A DNA stretch of 64,000 bases from Microcoleus sp. GTDB lineage: Bacteria; Cyanobacteriota; Cyanobacteriia; Cyanobacteriales; Microcoleaceae. Within the stretch, counting starts at the first letter, position 1, and every line of letters begins with the position of its first letter. A program made the translations under genes and the position numbers. Of this stretch, positions 29,235 to 38,861 are shown one piece after another. The notes under the pieces are model-generated. The model did not search any database, had not been told where the DNA came from, and saw only the letters and a list, made by a program, of their open reading frames with translations. The DNA lies in assembly GCA_052279835.1 (NCBI GenBank), contig CP181291.1, positions 3,488,001-3,552,000 of the forward strand. Reading direction: 5' to 3'.

Positions 29235-29936
29235 TCACCAAAGTCCTCTGACAGGCTGTGGTGTCCGTGCGGGTGCGGGGGCTGGGGCAAAGACGGGACG
29301 GGCTGGAGGCGCAGTGGTGGGCTGCACGCTGCGACGTGGTTCCACTGTCGTTGTCGTTTCGGTACCAGTTGTTTGAGTTGTCGTAGTCGATCGCATACTA
29401 TCCTGAAGCAATGTTTGCAAAGTCCCCGCTAAACCTTGAACTTTTGCTACCGCACCCCCAATTTTGGCAACATCTACATAAACTTCCGGCAAAGGATACT
29501 GTTTCAGGATTTCCAGCACCGAAACTTTCCCGTCATCGCTGGCTGCGAGGATCATCGCGGCGCGCAAAGCTTTGCCACTTTCTGTATTGCGTTGAGTCCG
29601 AATTGCTTGACCAACTTCGTCAGTAATTTTTTCTCCTGGGGTACTGTAGACTACCCGCGCTAGATTAGCTGGCTTTAAGCCAATTTCTAGGCCCATCAAC
29701 CCGCGCAGGGTTCCCGCATCCATTTTTGATACTCCGATAATTTGTCGGATGGTGGTGGTAGTTGTACCGTTTTTCGCAAAGTCTTCTAAGTCGCTGACAT
29801 TAATCGTTTGTCTGATGGGGCCAAAGGTGAGGACAACTTTTTCGGCGCCTAATGCTTTAGTATTCGTCGATAATATGCTAGCGCTTGCTCCTAAAAATAC
29901 GGTGATGCCGATCGATACAAATTTTGTTAACTTCAT
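29235..29936 (-). CDS. DUF1400 domain secreted protein
   Basis: Signal peptide; AEKV...LEDFA..G; ALRAAMILAA; P/T-rich tail ending PVRGLW. Confidence 0.8.
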   Translation of the reverse strand: MKLTKFVSIGITVFLGASASILSTNTKALGAEKVVLTFGPIRQTINVSDLEDFAKNGTTTTTIRQIIGVSKMDAGTLRGLMGLEIGLKPANLARVVYSTPGEKITDEVGQAIRTQRNTESGKALRAAMILAASDDGKVSVLEILKQYPLPEVYVDVAKIGGAVAKVQGLAGTLQTLLQDSMRSTTTTQTTGTETTTTVEPRRSVQPTTAPPARPVFAPAPAPARTPQPVRGLW

Positions 29937-30105
29937 AATTGACTGCAAAATTAAAACTAATTAGATCCTCCTCCATTATTGTAGATGCAGCAGTTATATT
30001 CTACAAGCTCGCAACCATTTTTTTTTACAACAGCTACACATACAAGATTTTTTTTGATAAATTGTTCTCAGAATTAAGTTGAATATCCACCATTAATTCT
30101 GGGAA

Positions 30106-31830
30106 ATGACCCCCATTAATTCCTTGGAAAATCAGTATAATTCCATCATGTTAAAAGCCAAGCGTAAATCCCAGAAGTCTAAACGCAAACACAAACACAA
30201 ACACAAAAACCAATACCAACATCCAGGAATTAGTAAAAAAGAAATAGCTGCCCAAAAACGTAAAACTTCACAAAAGCGCAATGAACTCATCCAGGCGATC
30301 GCGATTTACACCTTAATCAGCACCGTTGTCATCATCCCCCTATTATTTGTTACCCGCGCCAAACTTGCCATTGCAGCAGGCTTCGCCGTAGCAATCTTGC
30401 TATTTTCCTACAAATATCCCCGTCAAGCTCTGTGGGCATTTCTGATTTACCTACCTTTTAGCGGGACCATCACTTACGCCATTGGCGGCGGAAATGCAGC
30501 ATTTCAAGTAGCAAAAGATGCTTTCTACATACCTGCTCTCATCGCCCTTATTCAAAGCTGCAAAAAGAAACAATTGCCCATCTTCCTTCCCAAAGAACTG
30601 ATTTTTACCTTCAGCATCCTCTTCATGATGGCAATGCTGACTTTAATTTTTGTCAACGGGGATATGCAGCTTAACCCCATGAAGGGTGAGAAACCCTTGC
30701 TGCAAGGAATTGTCGGCTTAAAAGTATTGATCGGTTACATACCGCTGATCGCCAGTACCTATTATCTGATCCGCACTAAGAAAGATTTGATATTTTTTAG
30801 TCGAATGCACATCATTTTAGCGATCGTCTGCTGCATTTTGGGTTTAATTCAGTATCTATTGCTGCAAAGTGGGAGGTGCGCCGGCACGCGAGGAATGTCG
30901 GGAGCAGAGTTATATAAAGCCACCTTACAAGCTAGATGTTTGGTTGGTGGTTCTCTAGTATTTAGTCCCGAAGTCAAGTTTATCCGTTTACCAGGCACTT
31001 TTGTCGCCCCTTGGCAGTGGGCATGGTTTTTAATTTCCAATGCTTTTTTGACCTTTGCTGCTGCTTTTTGCGACCCTTCCTTCTGGTGGCGAACCATCGG
31101 TTTATTTGGCATGGCATTAGTATTTGCCAACGCCGTTATTTCTGGTCAAAGAGCTGCTTTAGTTATGGTTCCCGGTGCTACCTTTGTGCTACTAATTCTC
31201 ACCGGTCAATTAGTAAATTTTAAAAGATTCATTCCCATTGGTGCAGGACTTGCTATCTTACTATTTGTCGGTGCAGCCATTAACCCAGGAATTATCGAGC
31301 AGCGGTGGGAGAGTTTTATTAACCGCTGGAATGCCGCGCCACCCCAACAGTTTCTGTTTAATCAATTCGAGCAGAGCCATAATTTTATTATTGACAGAAA
31401 TCTGGGGAGAGGTGTGGGAAGAGCGACGAATTCAACCCGGACTTTTGGTGCAACGCAACTCATAGAAACTTTTCAACCTAAGTTGATGTACGAACTCGGT
31501 TATCCGGGAATGATTGCTTTTCAGCTCATGGTGTTACACTTAGCTTTTCTAACTTTTAGAGCTTACCGTTCTGTGAAAGACAAAAATTTACGGACCTATG
31601 GAGCTAGTTTTTGGGTATTTGTGGCATTTATTACCATCAATACTCAATACTATCCGCTGGATGTAGATCCAGTATCCGTTTATTACTGGGTTTTGGCTGG
31701 GGCTATCTTGAAGTTGCCAAAAATTGACAAACAGGTGCAGGAGGAAAAAAACGAGGAAGTTGATGTAGATGAATTACCCGATCGCCAACAATTAAAGGAG
31801 AAAAAGATTCTAGCATCTTCCCCCATTTGA
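30106..31830 (+). CDS. hpsL: hormogonium polysaccharide biosynthesis protein HpsL-like membrane protein
   Basis: YPRQAL..FLIYLPFSGT, RLPGTFVAPWQW, YPLDVDPV; multi-TM. Confidence 0.75.
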   Translation: MTPINSLENQYNSIMLKAKRKSQKSKRKHKHKHKNQYQHPGISKKEIAAQKRKTSQKRNELIQAIAIYTLISTVVIIPLLFVTRAKLAIAAGFAVAILLFSYKYPRQALWAFLIYLPFSGTITYAIGGGNAAFQVAKDAFYIPALIALIQSCKKKQLPIFLPKELIFTFSILFMMAMLTLIFVNGDMQLNPMKGEKPLLQGIVGLKVLIGYIPLIASTYYLIRTKKDLIFFSRMHIILAIVCCILGLIQYLLLQSGRCAGTRGMSGAELYKATLQARCLVGGSLVFSPEVKFIRLPGTFVAPWQWAWFLISNAFLTFAAAFCDPSFWWRTIGLFGMALVFANAVISGQRAALVMVPGATFVLLILTGQLVNFKRFIPIGAGLAILLFVGAAINPGIIEQRWESFINRWNAAPPQQFLFNQFEQSHNFIIDRNLGRGVGRATNSTRTFGATQLIETFQPKLMYELGYPGMIAFQLMVLHLAFLTFRAYRSVKDKNLRTYGASFWVFVAFITINTQYYPLDVDPVSVYYWVLAGAILKLPKIDKQVQEEKNEEVDVDELPDRQQLKEKKILASSPI

Positions 31831-31918
31831 AAATAGAGACTAGGCGATTGAAGTCACTCAAAAGTAAACGAAGTCCACTCCTAGCGGACTCCGAGAAAAT
31901 TTTAAATTTTGAGTGGGA

Positions 31919-33187
31919 TTATTGAGGTTGCCAAACTGGAGTGCTAGCATTCAAGTCATTGTTACTACTCAATTTAATCACTCCCGAACCGTCGCGATTG
32001 ATTACATACAAATTGCTTTTGTCCCCTTTAATATCATTAAAAGTAAAAGCAATTTGCTGGCTATCCGAAGACCATGCTAATTGAGAAATTCCTGATAATT
32101 CTAATTGAGCAACTAACGGAGTCAGTTTGGAACCGTCAGCATTAATTGTGTAGAGTTTTTGTTGGTAAAAATCTCCGGTGGCGAAGGCGAGATTTTTGCC
32201 ATCGGGAGACCAGGAAAGTGCGTCGTATCTGGTGGGCTTTTTGGTGATATTCTGGGATGTTCCGCTATTAATATCGATCGCATAAACATCTTGCTGTTTG
32301 CCACCCCTATCCCCCGCTTTGTTGTAATAGTAGGCAAGACGGCGGCTGTCGGGCGACCAAAATAGTTTGACGTTGTAAGCTTGATTTTGGGGATTTTTCG
32401 TCAGTTGTTTGAGGTTGCTACCGTCAGTATTGATGGTGTAAATTTGTTGTTGAGGATAGGTTCCCAACCAGAAAGCAATTTTGGTGCGATCGGGAGACCA
32501 AACAAGTTCGCTACCACCCGAAACATATTCTCCTGGGGTTTTAGTTAATTGAGTCATGCCCGAACCATCTGCATTCATTTTGTAGATGTTCTTGTCTTTA
32601 ACAAACGCTACCTGTTGGGCATCCGGTGACAGGTAAAATTCCGAAGAAATTTCAGTTTGAGGCGGTTGTCCTCCTACTGCCAAATTCCGAACTAATTTAG
32701 TTCCTTTAATACCTGTAGTCTCGCTGGTATACAGAGATTGACTACCCGGTGTATCCGATGTAGAACCGTCGCAAGAACGCCCAAACACAAGTTTTTGACT
32801 ATTAGAAGCCCAGGCAATTCTAAAATTAGCTGCTTTGCAGAAATCTCCAGAAAATTGTTTAGTTAATTGAGAACCATCCGCATTGACTGTATACATCTCC
32901 GTATCGCTACCCACGAAAGCCAGCCGCTGGCCGTTGGGAGACCAAGCAAGGGCGGGACTAACATCTATGTTGGGGGCAAGTTCGCGACGCCCAGAGCCAT
33001 TGGTATTGACTGTAAATAAACTGTTTCTCACCTCGCCAGCACGCCTCTGAAGCGCCAAAAATGCCAGTGTCTTCGGTTTTTGAGCTGCGGGTGTGGGAGG
33101 GCTTGAGAGGCTCAAAAACAGGGTGATGAAGAGTGTGAGTGAAAATAGGGCGATCGCACCAATTCGCCATGTTTTTTTTAAACGCAT
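31919..33187 (-). CDS. TolB/PD40 beta-propeller protein, secreted
   Basis: Repeated WSPDG..AF and NADGS motifs; signal peptide. Confidence 0.88.
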   Translation of the reverse strand: MRLKKTWRIGAIALFSLTLFITLFLSLSSPPTPAAQKPKTLAFLALQRRAGEVRNSLFTVNTNGSGRRELAPNIDVSPALAWSPNGQRLAFVGSDTEMYTVNADGSQLTKQFSGDFCKAANFRIAWASNSQKLVFGRSCDGSTSDTPGSQSLYTSETTGIKGTKLVRNLAVGGQPPQTEISSEFYLSPDAQQVAFVKDKNIYKMNADGSGMTQLTKTPGEYVSGGSELVWSPDRTKIAFWLGTYPQQQIYTINTDGSNLKQLTKNPQNQAYNVKLFWSPDSRRLAYYYNKAGDRGGKQQDVYAIDINSGTSQNITKKPTRYDALSWSPDGKNLAFATGDFYQQKLYTINADGSKLTPLVAQLELSGISQLAWSSDSQQIAFTFNDIKGDKSNLYVINRDGSGVIKLSSNNDLNASTPVWQPQ

Positions 33188-33279
33188 TTTGTCAATTTAT
33201 CTCCTTACTTGTCAGTCGGGCGGTTTCAACTCACAACTCATTCCAGGGGAAAGGTTGTGAGTTACAAAGCAGAAAACTA

Positions 33280-33732
33280 TTAAAGTGTTTGTCGATCGAT
33301 ATGTCGCGACAACATCAAACTCTGTTTGATTCTACCAAGAATTACCTCGATCATTTTTTTGCGCGATGGATTTTTTGCGGTGGGAGGCATCCCCAATTCC
33401 AAACAAATCAAACTCAAATCCGTTGCAGTCATAGACAACAACTTTTTCCTCACCTCTTCTTCCTTACCATTTTTAGCTTTCAAACGCAGTTGTTCATAGA
33501 TTTGGAGTACCTGTTCCGGCGATAAACTAGCAGGTTTATCCGTAGTTACCTCTGGTGGAGATACCGTCGCTTCAGAGACTTTGGAAATGGCAGAAATTCC
33601 TCCCCGCCGGACTTTAGCCTCAATCCTAGTTAGTTTCCGAGAAACCTCGCGCAGGATTTCCTTAAGTTCGCTAATTTCATCAACTAACTGCGAGGTTTCT
33701 TCATCCTCACCCAAACTTTCTTTTTTAATCAT
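33280..33732 (-). CDS. hypothetical protein coupled to ParA
   Basis: ATGA overlap with the parA stop; N-terminal coiled coil. Confidence 0.7.
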   Translation of the reverse strand: MIKKESLGEDEETSQLVDEISELKEILREVSRKLTRIEAKVRRGGISAISKVSEATVSPPEVTTDKPASLSPEQVLQIYEQLRLKAKNGKEEEVRKKLLSMTATDLSLICLELGMPPTAKNPSRKKMIEVILGRIKQSLMLSRHIDRQTL

Positions 33733-34637
33733 TTTAGATACTCCGCACACTCACTCCAAAGTTGTTCAAATTCCCTAACTAATTCTCGTGGCAATTCTCC
33801 TTCATTAATAGCTCGTTTCAAACCGACACTTTCGCGAATAGTCGATTCTAAAAACTTAACTTCTATACTATTCTCTTTGGAGATATCAGCGCAAAGTCTT
33901 TTCACCTCTCTCATATAAAACTGAACCTCGTTAGTCAGCAATCCTCCATAGATTTTAGCTTTGTTCATAAACACTGCAATTTTGGGGAAAGGATAAGGTT
34001 CAATCCGCTTTTGCAACGAGTTTAAGACCAAACTCAATCCCCTAGAACCAAAGTAATCAGGATTTACGGGAATTAATACTAAGTCGCAACAAGAAAGTAC
34101 GCTGTAAGTGAGGAGACTAAAGGAAGGAGAACAGTCAAACAGCATCAAATCATATTTAGGGAGAGTGGCAGATTTAGCTGGGTTGAGGGAGTTAACGGAG
34201 TTGGCAGAGTTGCTAATTTTGCCGATAAATCTGCGGATGAAGTCTTTAACATTTTTCCCATCAAATCCGTCCAGATCCAACCAATACAATTCTTCTACGG
34301 AAGGGACAAAATGTAACTGTTCATCAATTTGATAAATCGTGTCGAAACTCACGGGAAATTTAAAATTAGGTCCGTTTTTTTTAAACAGTTCGAGAGCATC
34401 GTAAATTGTGCGCCTTTCCCGGAGTGATTTTTCATACCACTTACCAAATTTGTCATCTAAATGACCTGTACTTTCATTAAGTCCGATCGCCTCTGTGAGG
34501 GACATCTGCGGGTCTAAGTCTAACATTAGAACTTCGAGGTCTGTGCCTTGGGATATAATATTTCCCAGGCTCCAAGTGACGGTCGTTTTGCCGACACCGC
34601 CTTTGAAGTTGATTACGGCTATGGATTTTGGAGTCAT
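33729..34637 (-). CDS. ParA/Soj family ATPase
   Basis: KGGVGKTT, DLDPQMSLT, FDCSPS, IPVNPD. Confidence 0.92.
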   Translation of the reverse strand: MTPKSIAVINFKGGVGKTTVTWSLGNIISQGTDLEVLMLDLDPQMSLTEAIGLNESTGHLDDKFGKWYEKSLRERRTIYDALELFKKNGPNFKFPVSFDTIYQIDEQLHFVPSVEELYWLDLDGFDGKNVKDFIRRFIGKISNSANSVNSLNPAKSATLPKYDLMLFDCSPSFSLLTYSVLSCCDLVLIPVNPDYFGSRGLSLVLNSLQKRIEPYPFPKIAVFMNKAKIYGGLLTNEVQFYMREVKRLCADISKENSIEVKFLESTIRESVGLKRAINEGELPRELVREFEQLWSECAEYLK

Positions 34638-34921
34638 GGTTGCCTTGGTTTAGATTTTGCTCAAATATAAATTAAAACATATTGTGTGACTGAGTTCAGC
34701 TTGCGATCGCCTAGGAGGGTCAGGATTTGCCCAGGGTTCTCAAACTTAGACTTTGATAGTATATCATTGAAAATGGTAAAATTATTCCTAAATATCCCTG
34801 ATTGAAGGAGTAAATAACCAAAAAATATCCTGTTGATTGCCAAACAGATTTAACTAAAATTAAGCCTGTCAAAACCAAGTCAAACTTTTAGATAAAGTCG
34901 CGCTAGAAGCAAGTTTAGAAC

Positions 34922-35043
34922 GGGAGAATCCCGATTTTGCATAGGCGAAGCATGACCGCAGAAAATTTATTAGTGATAACCAGAGATTTACAGCGGTCAT
35001 GCTTCGCCCCAACGAATATATTTGCACTCATTGAGATGCACCC
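34922..35043. mobile_element. degenerate MITE with 9-bp TSD
   Basis: GGGAGAATCCC.../...GAGATGCACCC; flanks GTTTAGAAC/GTCTAGAAC; internal GGCGAAGCATGACCGC hairpin. Confidence 0.6.
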
Positions 35044-35216
35044 GTCTAGAACAGGCTGGAGGGCCTGTTGCACAGTAATTATTGGGGGTTGCTCAACAAA
35101 ATACTACTATTGGCCCTGGCAGTTATTTCGCCAGATAGAGGTGCGATCGCCAGTCCCTGTGAAAATCTAATAACAAGCTCAAAAATACCAAAATTCGCGA
35201 TCGCCCCCAACCCGCC

Positions 35217-36113
35217 ATGCAAGGAACAAATCAACTCAGGACAGCAGCCCTACTAGGACTTCTCAGCGGCCTTCTCGTTTTAGGAAGCTATTATTTAATC
35301 GGCAACGAACAAGGACTTTACATCGGCTTAGCCCTAGCAGCCTTCAGCAGTTTCAGTTCTTGGTACTACTCAGATACAGCAGCCTTAATGGCTTACCGCG
35401 CCCGCCCCATTGCCCGCAGCGAAGCTCCCGAAATCTACGATATGGTAGCATCATTGAGCGCCAAGGCAGAAATTCCAGTACCAAAAATCTTTATAGTTCC
35501 GACTCAATCTCCCAACGCATTCGCCACAGGAAGAGACCCAGAACACGCCACAATCGCAGTTACTGAAGGCATCATCAAACTGCTTTCCCGCGAAGAATTG
35601 GAAGGCGTTATAGCGCACGAACTGACGCACATTCGTAACCGCGACACTCTCACTCAAGCAGTAGCCGGGACAATTGCCGGTGCGATTACCTTTGTGGGGC
35701 GAATTCTGACATTTGGAGCACTTTACGGCCCGGTAACGCGGGACAGCAGACAAGGCCCAAATCCGTTTGGTTTGCTATTTTTAATCATCTTAGCGCCGCT
35801 ATCAGCAACTTTAATTCAATTGGCAATTTCGCGGACAAGGGAATTTGCAGCCGATAGCGGTGCGGTGGAAATTACCAACAATCCTATTGGCTTAGCAAAC
35901 GCGCTGCAAAAGTTGGAGAAAATGGGCCGAGAAATTCCGATGCACGGGAATCCGGCGATGTCACCGCTGTTGATTGTGAATCCTCTTTCGACGGAAGGTT
36001 TGCAGTCTCTTTTCCGCACTCACCCCTCTACAGAAGAACGAATTCAGCGGCTTTTAGCGATCGCGCAGCAACAGCAAGGTACTCCTGTTATGGCCTACGT
36101 TGGCAAAAGTTAA
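35217..36113 (+). CDS. htpX: zinc metalloprotease HtpX
   Basis: PNAFATGR, HELTH, SRTREF.AD, THPS. Confidence 0.93.
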   Translation: MQGTNQLRTAALLGLLSGLLVLGSYYLIGNEQGLYIGLALAAFSSFSSWYYSDTAALMAYRARPIARSEAPEIYDMVASLSAKAEIPVPKIFIVPTQSPNAFATGRDPEHATIAVTEGIIKLLSREELEGVIAHELTHIRNRDTLTQAVAGTIAGAITFVGRILTFGALYGPVTRDSRQGPNPFGLLFLIILAPLSATLIQLAISRTREFAADSGAVEITNNPIGLANALQKLEKMGREIPMHGNPAMSPLLIVNPLSTEGLQSLFRTHPSTEERIQRLLAIAQQQQGTPVMAYVGKS

Positions 36114-36141
36114 GTAGTGGAAAATGTAGAAACAATATTGA

Positions 36142-36172
36142 AAAACCAGGTTGTTTGAAGCAGCCTGGTTTC
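36142..36172 (+). terminator. terminator-like hairpin after htpX
   Basis: AAACCAGGTTG...CAGCCTGGTTT. Confidence 0.55.
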
Positions 36173-36240
36173 TGTATGTTTATAATGATAGCTGTGGTCT
36201 GATGACTCGTACAATTAATTTGCATCGTGGGTGTGAGTAA

Positions 36241-36343
36241 GTGATTCGGTGAATTCGATGAAAACGGTAATCTACCACCGGGAATTCATTTTTGCGAAGG
36301 GGAGGAGTTTGAGGAAAGATTTGGCACTAATGATAAGATATAA
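36241..36343 (+). pseudogene. N-terminal remnant of a DUF6932-like (nucleotidyltransferase-type) gene
   Basis: EFDENGNLPPGIHFCEGEEFEERFG then stop. Confidence 0.6.
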
Positions 36344-36366
36344 CTTTACCATTTTCTTTGTTTGCC

Positions 36367-36708
36367 ATGACGCTGAAAGAATTAGAGCCTCAATTGCTGG
36401 CACTCTCTGACGACGAAAAAGCTCAAGTCGTTCAACTCCTATCTCAAGGTAAAATCACTCTCGGGCGCGGTATAGAAAAAACGCCTGGTGTTTGTGGCGG
36501 AAGTGCCTGCATTGCTGGAACTCGCATCACCGTTTGGGGACTTGTAGAAGCTCGTCGTATTGGCTATAGCGAAGCCGATTTACTCACAAGCTATTTATCG
36601 CTATCTGCTACGGATATTGCCAACGCTTGGGCTTATGCTGAAGCCTTTTCCGATGAAATTGAAACAGAAATTAGGGAAAATGATGAAGTGATGGACGAGG
36701 ATTTGTAG
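36367..36708 (+). CDS. DUF433 protein
   Basis: IEKTPGVCGGSACIAGTRITVW. Confidence 0.9.
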   Translation: MTLKELEPQLLALSDDEKAQVVQLLSQGKITLGRGIEKTPGVCGGSACIAGTRITVWGLVEARRIGYSEADLLTSYLSLSATDIANAWAYAEAFSDEIETEIRENDEVMDEDL

Positions 36709-36711
36709 CAG

Positions 36712-37053
36712 ATGGCACGTCTCTATGCTGATGAGCAATACCCTTATCCTGTTGTACAATTACTGCGAGATTTAGGACACGATGTTTTGACTGTTCAAGA
36801 AGCAGGTAAAGCCAATCAAGGAATTCCTGACTCGGATGTTTTAGCTTTTGCCAGTAGCGAAAAACGTGCCGTCATTACCGAAAACCGTAAAGATTTCTTT
36901 CGGTTGCACCGCCTACAGCCCCTTCATGCTGGTATTATTGCCTGTACGAACGATCGCAATTGGGAAGCGCTGGCTAACCGAATCAATGTGGCTATTACAG
37001 TAGAAGAATCTTTGGAAGGTAAACTAATTCGTGTTGTGCGTCCTGCTGTGTGA
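36712..37053 (+). CDS. DUF5615 PIN-like protein
   Basis: LYADE..P...LRDLGHDVLT...D..VL..A...RAVITENRKDF. Confidence 0.9.
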   Translation: MARLYADEQYPYPVVQLLRDLGHDVLTVQEAGKANQGIPDSDVLAFASSEKRAVITENRKDFFRLHRLQPLHAGIIACTNDRNWEALANRINVAITVEESLEGKLIRVVRPAV

Positions 37054-37193
37054 ACGTAGAGTCAGATAAGTTATAAATATTGGTGCGAATGTGGTTCGTT
37101 TGGGTTCGCACTGGAGGCGATCGCTCTTGATGCGTGAAGGGCGATCGCACTCAGTAATCGAGCGTAACAGACTCACTACAGCGTCCAATCTTC

Positions 37194-37340
37194 ATTGCGA
37201 TTTTAAGTCGCCAGATTGCGCTGCCTCATCAAGATCCCGCAGACCGATTCATTAGTGCCACAGCTATTTACTATGGCTTAATATTAGCCACAGTTGATGC
37301 CAACCTTACAGGAAATTCGGCACTACAAACACTCAGTTAG
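37194..37340 (+). pseudogene. C-terminal remnant of a VapC/PIN toxin
   Basis: LPHQDPADRFISATAIYYGLILATVD; no start codon or N-terminus. Confidence 0.75.
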
Positions 37341-37370
37341 GCAATAGCGTAATGAAGCCATACAACTTTA

Positions 37371-37811
37371 CTATCCTCTAATTGCTTGTTCTGCTAATCT
37401 CTCAAATTCATCGCAGTTGTTGATTAGGGTTTGCACAATTTTGATGAAGTAATTGATATCCAGTAAACTAATTTCTGCATTGTGCATTATCGAAAAAACC
37501 TGCCTTCCACCAATTTCCTCTAGACACCAAAACCCAGTTTTATACTTGCTACTCTCCTTAAGAAGATATGACGAAATTTGATGAGGAATATAATCAAAAC
37601 TATCAAATTTCAAACCGCTCGGACAAGAAAACTCCAAGGTTGTATCGAATCGCAAGATAAACACTGTCTGCGTGCTTCCAGAATTCATATTAAATTTTAT
37701 TACAGCCTTGTTAGAGTTGATGTCAGCAATTCTCCAGCCAATTTGATTGCAATAGCCTCTAACTGTTGCCTGAAAGTTGTTATACGAAAACAAATCTTTT
37801 TCAATTGCCAT
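37371..37811 (-). CDS. hypothetical protein, possibly YbjN/T3S-chaperone-like fold
   Basis: AGGAGG RBS; QTVFI, LEFS, GFWC and C-terminal helix ending DEFE. Confidence 0.65.
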   Translation of the reverse strand: MAIEKDLFSYNNFQATVRGYCNQIGWRIADINSNKAVIKFNMNSGSTQTVFILRFDTTLEFSCPSGLKFDSFDYIPHQISSYLLKESSKYKTGFWCLEEIGGRQVFSIMHNAEISLLDINYFIKIVQTLINNCDEFERLAEQAIRG

Positions 37812-37943
37812 CTGCTCCTCCTAAAGTTAATGAGAGTTATGACTTTAAATTACATGACAGTAGAGACCTGATTTGCTGGCAAGGGATAATCTTGCCAGTT
37901 GTGCTAGTTTTGGCTAAATTTTCTTAGCATTTAGGTTGGCTGT

Positions 37944-38282
37944 CTAAACAAACCATATACTATTAATTGTTTCACCTCCTATACCTATATCAACGCGGTA
38001 GGTTTCTCCAGAATATTTGAATTCTCTCCGTGCAGCAGTTATATCCCCATTACCGTCGTAACTTGTTCCTCTATTGTTTTCAAGCCAAGTAACCACTTGA
38101 TCTACAGTAGACTCAAAATCTTCATGAGCTTTTCTAGGCAGTGCAGATTTTCCTTCACTTTTCAAACCTTCGACCACAGCGACAGCTTCGCTATAAGTTG
38201 GAGCTTTATCGTATCTTTGTTTTGATGTAGCTAAAGTAGCTGTTCCCTTCTGCAATTGAGCTTTGAATCGATAGTCACCCAT
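37944..38282 (-). CDS. hypothetical protein
   Basis: GGAG RBS; 112 aa; co-oriented cluster. Confidence 0.7.
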   Translation of the reverse strand: MGDYRFKAQLQKGTATLATSKQRYDKAPTYSEAVAVVEGLKSEGKSALPRKAHEDFESTVDQVVTWLENNRGTSYDGNGDITAARREFKYSGETYRVDIGIGGETINSIWFV

Positions 38283-38334
38283 GTCTTACTCCATTGAATT
38301 GGCTATATTTTATGATCGCAATAAGAAAAATTTC

Positions 38335-38604
38335 CTACCAAAGAGGTCTCGCCCCAGAAAGAATCTTCTGGATGTCATAATCAGATAAATCGTATACCTT
38401 ACCTTGATCGTCTCTAAAAATAGAGCCTTGATCAGTTTCGCCAACCTTGTAAATGTGAATATGGTCATCATCAGCCTCTTTCCTACTTAAACCTGATCGA
38501 GCCATCAGTATATCGGTACACTTACCATTATCATCAAATTGATGTTTGACCTGATAAGAACCTTTATCTTCCCAAGTATTTGCACCGGGATACCACTTAC
38601 TCAT
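38335..38604 (-). CDS. hypothetical protein with HxH motif
   Basis: GGAG RBS; DDDHIHIY. Confidence 0.7.
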   Translation of the reverse strand: MSKWYPGANTWEDKGSYQVKHQFDDNGKCTDILMARSGLSRKEADDDHIHIYKVGETDQGSIFRDDQGKVYDLSDYDIQKILSGARPLW

Positions 38605-38730
38605 TTGCTGACTCCATTATAAAACGTTGACTTAACACTATTACATGCTGAATTGCCAGCGTTTAATTTATAAATTAACGCTTTAATACTTTTCCTATTC
38701 TCCTTAAAGATCAAAGTTTTGTCTATCCCA

Positions 38731-38832
38731 AAAATGCTGAATTTTGTTGGCAATTTTGTCTGCTACTCCAACTCGCCCTATGTAAAAAATGTTGGCAAAT
38801 GCTATAAAATGTTGGCAAATGTTAGGTATAAT
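38731..38832 (+). promoter_or_regulatory. phased decamer repeats and TATAAT
   Basis: AAAATGTTGG CAAATGCTAT AAAATGTTGG CAAATGTTAG (38786-38825); TATAAT at 38827. Confidence 0.65.
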
Positions 38833-38861
38833 ACGAAAAATCACAACATCCACGATGCTGC

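Noticed and set aside
33280..34637. McdAB or chromosomal parAB assignment
   Set aside because: Partner lacks the McdB C-terminal Trp and the ParB GxRR motif; no carboxysome genes nearby
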